Of a stretch of 52,819 nt of DNA, positions 19,073 to 30,300 are shown piece by piece. Source of the DNA: a virus (lineage: Duplodnaviria; Caudoviricetes); IMG/VR virus record IMGVR_UViG_3300024520_000098, positions 1 through 52,819 of that record; one strand, written 5' to 3'. Each line of letters starts with the position of its first letter. Within the stretch, counting starts at the first letter, position 1. The notes under the pieces are model-generated. The model did no database searches, was not told where the DNA came from, and saw only the letters and a program-made list of their open reading frames with translations. The position numbers were made by a program, and so were the translations under genes.

Positions 19073-21367
19073 ATGGCTATCAACCTCCCCGCAGGATACG
19101 ACCTTGGCCCAGCGATAAGAAAGCAGGGAGTGGGGGATGCTCTCAATGCAATGGTTGGCGGGATGGAGAGGGGCCAGAGAATTGGGCAGGGCTTCGTTAA
19201 TACCGAGCTTGCTATCCGCGACCAGATGGAGCAGGAGAAGGCCGCTCGTCGCAAGGAGGCTATCGACGAGGCTGCTCTTTTAGAGGCCGCAGCTTGGGAG
19301 GCTGGCACTCAGGACATTGGGGGTCCTGGGCACCTACTCCGCACAAGGGGTAGCAGGAGGTCTTCTGGCGGGACCACTGGCGGTTACTCTCAGGCCCTTT
19401 CTGCGGGCGCTCCGATTGGAATAAGCAGGGCCGAGGCGGCAGAGGCTATGGCATTGCAGCAACAAGCAGCCATTGAGCAGGATGCTGTCAACAGGGCTGC
19501 GATGATGGGAGAGCGGTCTCGCCTTCAGGAGGCTCTTGATGACGCCCGGATTGATTGGGACAATGCAGAGGGGCGTCATGTGGCAGGGGTTGCTGGGTCG
19601 CAGTTCCCAGGGGCGCTTGACGAGGGTGAAGTCATGGCGGCACTTAATGCCCTTAAGCAAGACGCAGGCGCAGCGCCGGTAGGCCCAGAGTACGTCGTTA
19701 AAGAGGGGGATAGTCTCTCTGCGATTGCTCGTGAGCTTGGCATTCCCCTTGAAGAGCTATCTGCCTTAAACAGAGGGCTTACCCACCCAGAGCAGGCGAG
19801 CGAAGGAAGGCTTGCTGGAGAACCCCGCATTCACCCTGGAGAGACTGGAGAGCGCAGGAAGCTTTTGGTTGGAGAGAATCTTCTCTATCCAGGGGAGAAG
19901 CTGGCTCTTCCTGGCGCTCCTACCGATCCTAGCCCTGTTGCAGCGGCGGTTGGTAGCCCTGCCGCTGGGGGGAGCCGACCTGTATCAGAGCTTCAGGCAG
20001 CGATTGGCGCATACGATAAGTCAATTGAAGCGCTTCCCCAGCCTAAGCCTGTCTCTAAGAACCCCTTCCACACCCGCTTTGGGAAGAACAAACTTCCTGA
20101 CCCGAAGGCTGTTGCTAGCGCTGTTCGGCTGGCCAGCAAGGGCGACTATGGAATGATTAACGAGATTGCCGGAAGGCCCGTTAAGAAGAGCGAGCTTGAG
20201 GGCCTTTACTCTGACTACGAGGGCTACATCGTTGACGTTGAAACCTTTGGCAGGGCGAAGGTTGTTAGCGACAGAGAGAAAAAGCTTATCGAGGAAGAGG
20301 CCAAGGTTCAGAAGGACAATGAGTCCAAGCGGGAAACCTTAATGACCGGGATAACGCTAAGCCTTGGCGAGGGCGGTCGATCTGGATTAACTGAAGAGCA
20401 GATAGGCGACCTTGCCGGTGGAATAGCCGACACATGGCTTCTTGATAAGGCTCTTGGTAGCGCTCAGCTTAGCAACCTGCTGAAGATGGGCACCGAGGAC
20501 AGGGCGACTGCTGCTCTTATAGCTAAAAAGAGCAGGGCCTCTAGGAGAAAGTCTACCGCAGAGCTACAGGGCCTCTACCCAGGGCTGAACGTAAAGTATT
20601 ACGACGCAGCGAGGGCGGCAGACGCAGCCCTAGACACTTGGCTTGGTCAGCTTAATACGCTGGAAGAGAGAAGGACTGGAGGGGCAGACCCTGAAGCGAT
20701 TAAGCTTCTTCAGCTAGGAGTCGATGCTGCTTACAATAACTACACCAGGGTTAGGGACGACTTTAAGGATGTGTCTGGTCGTGCGCACAAGGCAAAGACC
20801 GACGAAGAGAAGGCGACGCTGCGGGTGAAAAGAATAGAGGAAATGGCTAAGGCCATAAAGAGCGGCAAGGTGACTCCAGAGGCTGTCAAGAGTCGAGCCA
20901 TTGATAGATACGGAAGCGCTGAAGGGTCGTCTATTGCAGCCGCTGCCGCAGAGATGGCTAAAGAAACCTCTGAAGCTACTTCAGGCGGCGGCACCAAGAC
21001 ACCTCCTTTGGGGGATGGCGCGAGGGGCGGCGAGCCAGAGGCACCGCAAGACTCTCCTAATGGATTAGATAAACGCATAAGAGAGCTTCGTGGAGAGGGG
21101 ATAGGGCTGGGTGCCTTTTCTCAAAAAGGGCGTCTTGGGCAAGCTTTTGACGCGGCTTTTACGGACAAACATAGGCCACTCGCTCTCCTTGAGAGGGACC
21201 TTGAAGACCTTCTAAGGGAAAGAAAGACCCCACAACTTAGGGACAGCCCTGGGCTGGAGAAGAGGATTGAGGATAAGGTTGCCGAGATAGAGGCTTGGTA
21301 TGCCTCCAGCGAGGGAAGAGAGTTGAAAGATATCTATAAAGCCCAAAGACTTCTAAGAACCCAATAG
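19073..21367 (+). CDS. Ejection protein with LysM domain
   Basis: YVVKEGDSLSAIARELGIPLEELSALN...LYPGEKLALP LysM signature; Cys-free. Confidence 0.75.
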   Translation: MAINLPAGYDLGPAIRKQGVGDALNAMVGGMERGQRIGQGFVNTELAIRDQMEQEKAARRKEAIDEAALLEAAAWEAGTQDIGGPGHLLRTRGSRRSSGGTTGGYSQALSAGAPIGISRAEAAEAMALQQQAAIEQDAVNRAAMMGERSRLQEALDDARIDWDNAEGRHVAGVAGSQFPGALDEGEVMAALNALKQDAGAAPVGPEYVVKEGDSLSAIARELGIPLEELSALNRGLTHPEQASEGRLAGEPRIHPGETGERRKLLVGENLLYPGEKLALPGAPTDPSPVAAAVGSPAAGGSRPVSELQAAIGAYDKSIEALPQPKPVSKNPFHTRFGKNKLPDPKAVASAVRLASKGDYGMINEIAGRPVKKSELEGLYSDYEGYIVDVETFGRAKVVSDREKKLIEEEAKVQKDNESKRETLMTGITLSLGEGGRSGLTEEQIGDLAGGIADTWLLDKALGSAQLSNLLKMGTEDRATAALIAKKSRASRRKSTAELQGLYPGLNVKYYDAARAADAALDTWLGQLNTLEERRTGGADPEAIKLLQLGVDAAYNNYTRVRDDFKDVSGRAHKAKTDEEKATLRVKRIEEMAKAIKSGKVTPEAVKSRAIDRYGSAEGSSIAAAAAEMAKETSEATSGGGTKTPPLGDGARGGEPEAPQDSPNGLDKRIRELRGEGIGLGAFSQKGRLGQAFDAAFTDKHRPLALLERDLEDLLRERKTPQLRDSPGLEKRIEDKVAEIEAWYASSEGRELKDIYKAQRLLRTQ

Positions 21368-21373
21368 GCAATC

Positions 21374-24300
21374 ATGGCTGAAGAAGACTTCTCGTGGCTC
21401 TATGACAAGCCTACGCCGACCCCCCCTCCAGCGGTCCCTGTTGCTCAGGCTCGTGCCGAGGCTATGGAAGAGGCGATCCCAGAAGAGGACTTCTCCTGGC
21501 TCTATGGCGATGAGGCTCCTGTAGACGCTGTTCCTGTAGACGCTGTTCCAGAAGAGGAACCTCAAGAGGCTGTTGCAGGCCCCCCTAGCGATGAGGGCGG
21601 GGAGGATTTCTCCTGGCTTTATGGCGACACGGCTGGGCCTCCTATTCAAGCGCCTCCTGCTGAAGAGGACTTTGAAGCCCCGCCAGACCCGTCGCCCTTC
21701 CCTGCACAGCCACTAAGTGATTCTGAGCTTGATAGGGCCTTTGGGCTAAGCGCCGATGCTGGCCTAAGCATGGAAGGCATAATTCCAGGCTTTAGCGCTG
21801 GCGCTACGGCAGCGGAGTCCTTGCTTCCAGAGAACCTTCCAGAGGAGGTCCCGTCCACTATTTCGGGAGACAGGAAGGGAAGGCTTAAGGGTGATGACCT
21901 TCGCCGCGAGTGGGCGAAGATGCAGTACATCTATAAGAAGTCTATTACTCCAGACAGGCGGCTAGAGGCTGTCGGAGAGTTTGTTCATAAGTGGAGACCA
22001 GAGCTTGCTGAACGCGCTGGTTGGTCCCCAGACGGGTATCAAGAGCCAGAGGGATTGTTCGGGCTCTTCGACTGGATTGACAAGCTTGGACCTCGCCCCG
22101 TTCGCGCCCTGGCTAGGTCACTCAGAGAGCTTGAAGTTCAGAGAGCGGCGGCAGAGATTTCTGGCACAGAGCCTCCGTCTTTTGATGACGCGCTGAAAGC
22201 TATTTCTAGGAAGTACGAGGAGGACAAGGGCTACCCCGAGCATGGCGAGAGCCTTCTTAGGGATGCGCTTCTTTACTTTGGTGGCTCTGACGACCCAGAG
22301 GAAATCCTTAGCCAAGAGGCGGCTAAGAACAGGGGAGAGAGTTGGGCCGATAAAGCTTTGGATTCCTCCGCAGAGGAGCTTACTAGGTTTGGCTATGAGA
22401 TTGCCAAGCACCCCATCATCTCAGGAGCACTTGGCGGCGCTGCCGGTCTCTCTGGCTTTGGTCTTTTTGGCCCCATTGCAGCGGCTGCTGGTGGCATCGC
22501 TGGCGGCATTGGTGGGGCGTACTTTGGTGCTGGGGTTGATAGCGACGTATACGACACCGCAAAGGAAGAGGCGGTAGCGGCTGGCTCAGAGGGCGGGCAC
22601 TTCGCCCAGGGCCTCATCGCCTTGATGCTCTTTGACCCCCTTAACTTTATAAGTTTGGGTAAGTTCAGAGGAGCTACTGACTCTGCCAAAGACCTTATTG
22701 AGAAGGGGATGGGAGTCACGCGGAAGGGGGATGAGGCAGTTTCCGCTGAAGCTATCTCCTACCAGCGGGCCGGAAGGCAGCAGTTCGTACAAGAACTCCT
22801 AGAGGAGGCCCCAGAAAGCGTAGAGGCTGCAACGATAGGTCGCCTCTCCAATCAGCTTGATAGGGCAGAGGAGGCTCTGGACAGTGCTACGAGGTCGGTG
22901 AGGCTTAGGGAGGGTCTTTCGGAGTCTGCCGCAGCCCGAGGCGCTGACGACCTAGATGTGTTTGACGATGTTCGCTCTGCTTCTCAAGAGAATGCAGTAG
23001 TGGCTCAAGAGGCTTTTGATTCTATAAGGCAACAGTTTGACAATGCAGTGGAGTCGTTCACTGGCGACCTCCCTGCTGTAGCGAGAACAGCAGATCAGGC
23101 TCAGCTTATTGCAAAGAGTGACCTGCAAAGGGCGGCTGTTGCTGCTTTCAACATAGGGGCAGAGCTTAGGGGCTCCTTTGCTCCAGCACTTCTGGCGAAG
23201 CTTAGGGAAAAGGCCGTCCTCCTTGGGGTCGGAACAGATGAGGCGCAGAAGGCGTGGCAGGCTGGCCTGAGAGCGGCAGACGACCAGCGGCTTATCTTGG
23301 TGGGCTTTGAGGATGTCGCTGGAACAGCAATAGGGACTATGAAGGCGAAGCCAATCCTCAAGGATGTGGGCGCTGCTCGCGTGTATGAGATGGCGAAGAG
23401 GGGGGAGCTTGGTGTTGACGCGAGAGTTGCCGCAGAGCGACCCCAGTACAACGCTCTTGAGAAGATCATTGATAAGAGAAGCGGCAAGTCTTTTAAGGAG
23501 CTTTCGGACGAACTTACCGATGTCAGCTATCGCCCGAAGGAGGGCGTGGGCAGATTCGTAGACCCTACGTACTTGATCAGAAAGACTCTGGAGAGCACAA
23601 AGGGTGCTGGCGAGCTACAGGCTATTCGGGGAGAGGCTCAAAACATAAAGAGGCTGCTCAGAGATCCAAAGGTAAAGGGCGCTGCTCGCTCTGGATTAAA
23701 GAAGCGCCTTAAAGACCTTCAAGAGATGAGCAAGCAAGCCTCTTCAAAGAAGGGCCTTAGCAGAGAGTTTAAGCTCCTTCAGGAGGAGCGGCTAGTAACC
23801 GACCTCAACCCGATCTCCATGACCATAACCAGAAAGATACTGGACATGGCTCCGTGGCTTGACCCGCCTCGACAGTTTCTTCAAACCATCGGCAGGGGGA
23901 CTTTAAGCAGGACAGGGCAGCGACCACAGTTCTACACAAAGACAGGGCCTGAAGGGAAAAGGGTTCTTCGTGACAAGAACGAGATGGTTTACCCGCCAGC
24001 CCACTACCACGTCGAATTGCTTGAGCAGGCAAGGCATAGAGCTAGGTCTTTAGGCAAGGTTATGTGGCCTTCCGTTAGGGCCAAGATCCTCACCATCACT
24101 GAAGACGAGGAGGTACTTCGGGTTGCCAGGGAGTTTGTGGAGCTAGGCTATGCAGCACCACTAAAGGGAGTTAAGGGCGCTGAGCAACTCGTAGCAGCGA
24201 TAACCATTAGAGAATTGAATAGGGTTCTCAACCGCATCACTCAAGAGGGGACTCAGGGAACCGCTAGGGGCGACGGCTATCAGATGCTTAACGAGGAGGA

Positions 24301-27300
24301 AACCAAGCGGGCTATCAATGCCATAGACACTCTTGCAAGTACTCATCCAGAGATGGACACGTCTAACCTCAGAGCAGCGATAGAGGAGTACGGAGAGACT
24401 ACCGCTGGCATCTTGAGAGAGAGGGAGAATGAGGCCCTTTGGGCTCCCGGTAGCGACCTCGATAACGCAAGAAGGGACCGCCTCAACGAGACTCGCCTTG
24501 AGCTAGCCGTGTTTGAAGGCGCGTATAACAACATTGTTACCGAGAAGTTCCTCATGGGCGCAGAGCTTGAGGCTGCTGAGAGGGCAGAGCGTCTTCGCCC
24601 AGAGCTTGAAAGGCTTCAGTCAGAGGTTCATCGGATTAACGAGTTGCTTGGTAGCAAGGAAGTTACCTCTGAGCAGGCTATGGATGACCTCATTGAGACG
24701 CTGCTCCGCGAGGCAGAGGACATGCCTGGGGTCAATCTCAACCGTGATGAGCTTATCCCCATCGCTATACCGAGGAGTCCAGAGTACCTAGAGGCTGCCA
24801 AGGGCCTGGAGTCTGAGGCGCTAGTCGCTCACAAGGTCGTCCTTCGCGACCAGATTATCGAGATGTTTGACGAGACTGCTGCCAACACCGTCATGGACGT
24901 GATGGATAGGTGGGCTCAGATAGCCTATGAGCAGGGGAAGGTTACTCGCAAGGACGAGTGGTATCAGCAGGTCACTGGCATCCATGACGTGAAGACAGCG
25001 TTCTCTGAGGCTATGGGTCCAGGGATGCTCTTTCACGAGTACGAAGCAGCCCCAATCTTCTACTCCCAGCTTTATCGGTCTTTGGAAAAGGTTGGAGTCC
25101 CAGAAAAGGTTTCCCTAAATACGCTCGTAGACAACCTTGTTAGCTCTGGCGTTTCCCAGTCAACAATAGATGAACTGGACCTGACCGGCTGGGTACAGAG
25201 AAAGCTTGACGACATTGGAGAGTCCTTCGATGAGTCTTACCGAGGACCCCCAGAGAAGCAGGCTGGAATTAAAGAGCGCTCCCTTGAGAAGGCGACTGTT
25301 CGTCCTATCGATATAAAGAATTACATAGAGTCAACCGGACATGAGTCTGGAGACATCCTGAACAGGCTTGTGGGCGGCGATGTTTCCCTAAAAGACCTAA
25401 GCAAAATAGTTAAGAGCCTTGGCGTTGAGGTAAAGAACACAGGGCTTGCAGAGCTTTTGGTTGGCGAGATTAAATTACGTCTTGGCCGAAAGCAGTTGGA
25501 CGATTTTGAAGACCTTATTGCGAATAGCAAGTACGGGCTGTCAGACGCACTTAAATCTCCTCTTGTTCAGGACATAAAGTTCACGAGGGAGGAACTGCTT
25601 AGCTGGGTCAACACGTTCAGGACGCAGATTGGCGACGATGTTCGCGGCTATTTCTCCGACAAGGGCGACCTGAGCAGGCGGCTTGACCCTACCGAAGACC
25701 TTGTTCCCTGGAACGATCTTGCTGAAGACGTGTTGGGTAGACCGCTCTTTGGGGATGACTTTATTGGCGGTCACTCTCCTCGCCTTGATGAGTACATGGA
25801 GGCCCATCCAGTTCAGCGTCATGAGGAGTTGCTTGATCCGACTACGCGAATCCCAGAGGAGGACTTTCGGGTAACTGACGGTGATGCCTATCTATTCACG
25901 ATAGAAAATCTCACCGCAGACCCTGCGACGGGCAGGCTACGGGCTGAGATTGAGTTTACTGCCGAGACTCCCTATGGCGCTCAGGAGTTTGTGATTGAAA
26001 GGGGTATCGACCCAGAGGACTTCGGTGTTTCAGAAGAACTATTTCGTAGCTACTCTAAGCACTACGACGAGTCGGGGAAAAGGACCGACGAGAGCCTTAT
26101 GGGGGCTGAAAAGCGCGACGTAGCTTTCCCAGAGACAGACCCGTTCGACATTGGCCTCAACCTAAACACGCCGGGACAGGAGAAGTACACAGAGTGGCTT
26201 CTCATCAACAAGGGGGAGAGCGCAGAGGGGGTCACTAGCTCTGGCTCTGTTGCTCACTTTGGTGACACGAAGGACATCATTACCCATGTGCGGTTTGGCG
26301 TTCGCAAGGGGCCAGACGGCAAGCAATGGATGCACATCGAGGAGATTCAGTCTGACCTAGCCCAGGGGCTGAATAAGGCGAAGCGAGGCGATGCGGCGAC
26401 AAAGCTAACGGAAGACCTTTATGGCTTGGGAGACTCGGGGCGCACCGTCTCTGGCGAAAAGGCTCTTTGGGAGAGGCTAGCGTTCGACAGAGGGGTGGAA
26501 GCGGCAGACGAAATAGCGGCCATCGCTGAAGACACTATTTCCTGGCTAAACGAAGCCAAGGCGGCTCTTGGCAGCGCAGCCTTTAAGAGGATTGTTGATG
26601 AACTGCCTGAGGAGGCTCTTTGGTCTGAGTTCAACGGATACGACCCAAGAACTATGTCTGCCGGGAATCTCGACGGGCTTGCTCTTGAAGACTTCGGCAA
26701 GCTAGTCGATGCTCTTGTGTCATCAAAGGGTGGTATTGGCGAGACTGCTAACACCGGAAGACAGGCTGGAATATCGGCAGACACCAAGCTCCCCTATGAG
26801 AAGGGATGGATAGACCTTGCTATCAAGCGACTGGTTGCCTTTGCCGTAGACGGGGCAGACGAGCCCATTCATGGCATCTCTTGGACGACAGGAGACGTTC
26901 AGGACACCCGGTACATGGGGCTTGCTAAGGACGCCCTGATAGGCCAGTACGACACTGCTATGCCCGCTAGGTTTAGAAGCCTGTACGGAAAAGATACCGG
27001 GGGAATCGAGCTAAAGGACTTCTCGTTTAAGACAAGCGATACGGTGGTTGACGACCTTGATGACGCTGGCGATGTAAACCAAAGCCTTTCTCGCTTTCTT
27101 GACGAGCTTGGCGAAAGAGACACGGGGTCACTAGCTCTGGACTTCGGAAGCGGTGTTATTTGGTACATCTACAAGAGCCTTGGCAAGGAAGGCCGCAAGC
27201 GCTACGGGGTTGCAGAGATAGAGACTACTGCCTTTAAGGAGTTTGGCGCAGACATTCGCGAGACAAGGCAGGCGCTTCTGGACTCAAAGCTTGCAAAGAT

Positions 27301-30300
27301 TCCTGTAAAGGACATCGACTTCGGCTCAGAGGTTCACGGCTTTGAGATAACTCCAAAGCTTAAAGAGCATGTGCGCAAGGGTCAGGCGCTTCACCACCTG
27401 AAGGACAAGGTTGTTCGCGGGGCAATGAAGCTTGAGGAGGAGGGTCGCGTCTCCATCCACGCCTTTGAGTCTGCAACCGTAGGCACCCTGGTTCACGAGA
27501 TGGGCCATGTGCTGCGTCGCAACCTCCAAGAGGGCGAGCTAAAGACCGTAAAGGACTGGCTTGTTGGCGAATCGTCTAGGCTCAGCAAGCTCCCGAGGGA
27601 GGAGCTAAGCAAGGACATAGCCCACCTCTTTGAGGCAGAGGGAGTCGTTAGGGTTGTAGACAACAAGGGCAACTTCACCAGAGAGGGCGAGGAGATTTTC
27701 GCTCGTGGCTTTGAGCGCTACCTCATGGGCGACCCGCCAAGAGGGGCTTCTGACGATGTTCTTAAGCTCTTTGAGAAGATGAAGAAGTGGCTTACCGACA
27801 TCTACAAGGCTGTAACTGGCAACGACGTTGAGGTGTCCCAAGAGATCAGGCAAGTCTTCGATAGGTACATTGCTGGCGGGGAGCAGCCCAAGGTTGCGGC
27901 CAAGGAGAACTGGCAGATTAAGCGCGTCGATGTGGGAGCAAAGCCAGGGCAGACGCTAGAGGAAGCTCTGGAGCTACACCGGGGTCAGGTCGAGGCCGCG
28001 ATAAACAGGGGAGACGACGTTCCTGCTGAAGTCCTTATGGACTACGAAGACCTCCTTCTCGACATCGCCAACAAGGCAATCAATCGCGGCAAGGGCGCGA
28101 CGAAGGATGCAGGCAAGCGCCTTAACAAGGCAGCTAAAGAGATGGGGAAGATTGCTGATGAGGGTGTTGAGGCTCCAGAACCAAAGAGACAGCGCACCAG
28201 GTACGACGGTCTAACACCGGAAGAGGCTTTTGAGCTGTATCAGAAAAATGTTTCTTCTCTTGAAGCGAGCTTCTTTGCAAAAAGAGAAAAGATCAAAGAC
28301 AAGAGAAAGCAAGAGATACTCAGTAGGCAGTTTCTTGATGAGAGGGTGAAGCTCGATGATGAGTATGACCTCGCAAAGGAGGTTGTTGATAAAGGGGCAG
28401 CCCGTGGTCGCAGGAAAAGGGCTGGCAACCTAGACATAGCCAGGGAGAATGTAAGGAAGGCTCTCAGTGTAATCAGAAGGGCCTCCAAGGATAAGAAGTT
28501 CTCAACGGCAGCAAAGCAACTAGAGGCAGTCAAGGCTCTTAAGGCGGGGGAAGAGCTTGCCGTCAAGGCTGGAAGCCGCGAGAGACACCTTCTTGAGGCT
28601 CTAAAGTCCAAGTACGAAGACCAGACAGGAGAGCTTCTTCAGACAATAGACTCTTCTAGGGTAGAGGCTAGGTCGAACGCACGTAGAGCGGCATACATGC
28701 TTACGAGGGGTGTCCTTCGTGGAGAGCAAACCGTGGCTCCCGGCCAGGGAAGGGCTCAGCTTGAGCAGGCTATCGACCTAGTGTTGAGTCAGTTCGGTAG
28801 GGGCGCTGACCCGCTTGACGTGCTTCAGAAGGGTGTCACTAAGGGGCTTGTTCAGCGAGCGACTATGGCTCTTCCAGAACGCATCATCGCTGTAGAGAAA
28901 AGGATAAGCGACCTTGAGATAAAGATTGATGAGAAGGCAACGAAGGGCTTAAAGAGGCAGCTTGCTAATCAGAAAAGAAAGCTTGCTACCCTTCGTGAGC
29001 AGGCTCAGCCAATCAAAGATCAGATCGTTGTAGGCCAAGAGGACCAAGTAACAGGGCTTGGCAGGGCCGTTAAGGAGCTTCGCGCTCAAGAGAAGGCAAC
29101 CAACAGAGTTCTGGGAGGGGTTGAACCCACCGTAAAGGCTGTGACTGACCAGCTTTCTGACATCGAGGGAAGCCTTGACCGCCTCGCTAAGTTTGCCGAA
29201 AGCATGGACTATGACTTCAGGCTACCGGCAGACATCAGGCGCGAGATTTACAGCGCCAAGCAGTCGTATCTGAACAACATCGAAGCGCACAGAATAAATT
29301 ACGACGGCGCGATGCAGGCATTTAGGGAGGCAGAAACCGGCAGGGCAATGCTGAACATGACCAATGATGAGATGACTCGCGTGAAGAGGCTCGTCAAGGA
29401 CCCCAATCTTCATGACCTGACTGCTGGCAAGGAGAAGCTGCTGAAGAAGGCTAGGGCTGAGACAACTAGGCTCTCCGCTTCAATTGCTCGCTTGAAAGAT
29501 TCCGGTAAGGATACCTCTAAGCAAGAAGCTGCTCTTAATTCAGCGCGTCGTCGGGTTGACATCCTAGAAGATGAGGGGATGACCAAGGAGGTCATCGAAG
29601 CAGCTAAGTTAATTAAGAACTTCTTTGACGACTGGCTTGAGAAGCTCAAGGAGAACGGCGTCCTTGATAAGGGCTTTGACGAGGAAGCGTTCTTCGACCG
29701 GGTAGATATTGCTGGCTACATTCCTCACGTAACAACTGTCACGACGCGAAGGAAGATCGAAGCCCTGAGAGGGAAGGGGATGCTCCCGAGAAGGGGAGAG
29801 CCTGGGTTCGCCAAGAAGCGGAAGATAGCTGGAACGATTGATGAGATCAACGCCCAAGCGAGAACCAGCGTGGCTGAGTCAATCGCCTACCACCTTGCCT
29901 CGACCCATCAGTTTGGCGATGAAGCGGTGGAGGCTTCCAAGCTAGCGGGGGACCAGCTTAAAGAGGTGCTTAAGAAGAATGGCATTGAGTGGACTAAGCT
30001 TATTGATGAGATCAAGTCAGACGCTGGTCTGGATGACATATTTGAGTTCTTTGAGACTGACCCGATGGTTCTCATGGAGCGATACAACGACTCTGCCTCC
30101 CAGCTTGTTGCCGATAACAAGTTCATCGAGGACATACTTGAGCTATTCCCGTTGGGTCGCGAGCTTGGCGACATGTACGGCGAGTTTGCCGATGCACGAG
30201 CCCTGTCTCTTGGGTACGAGCGGCTCTCTTCTGTAGAGCAGTTGCAGGTTGTGATGGGCAAGAAGCTGCCCCCACAGCTTCGTAACTTTGAGTCCCTAAT

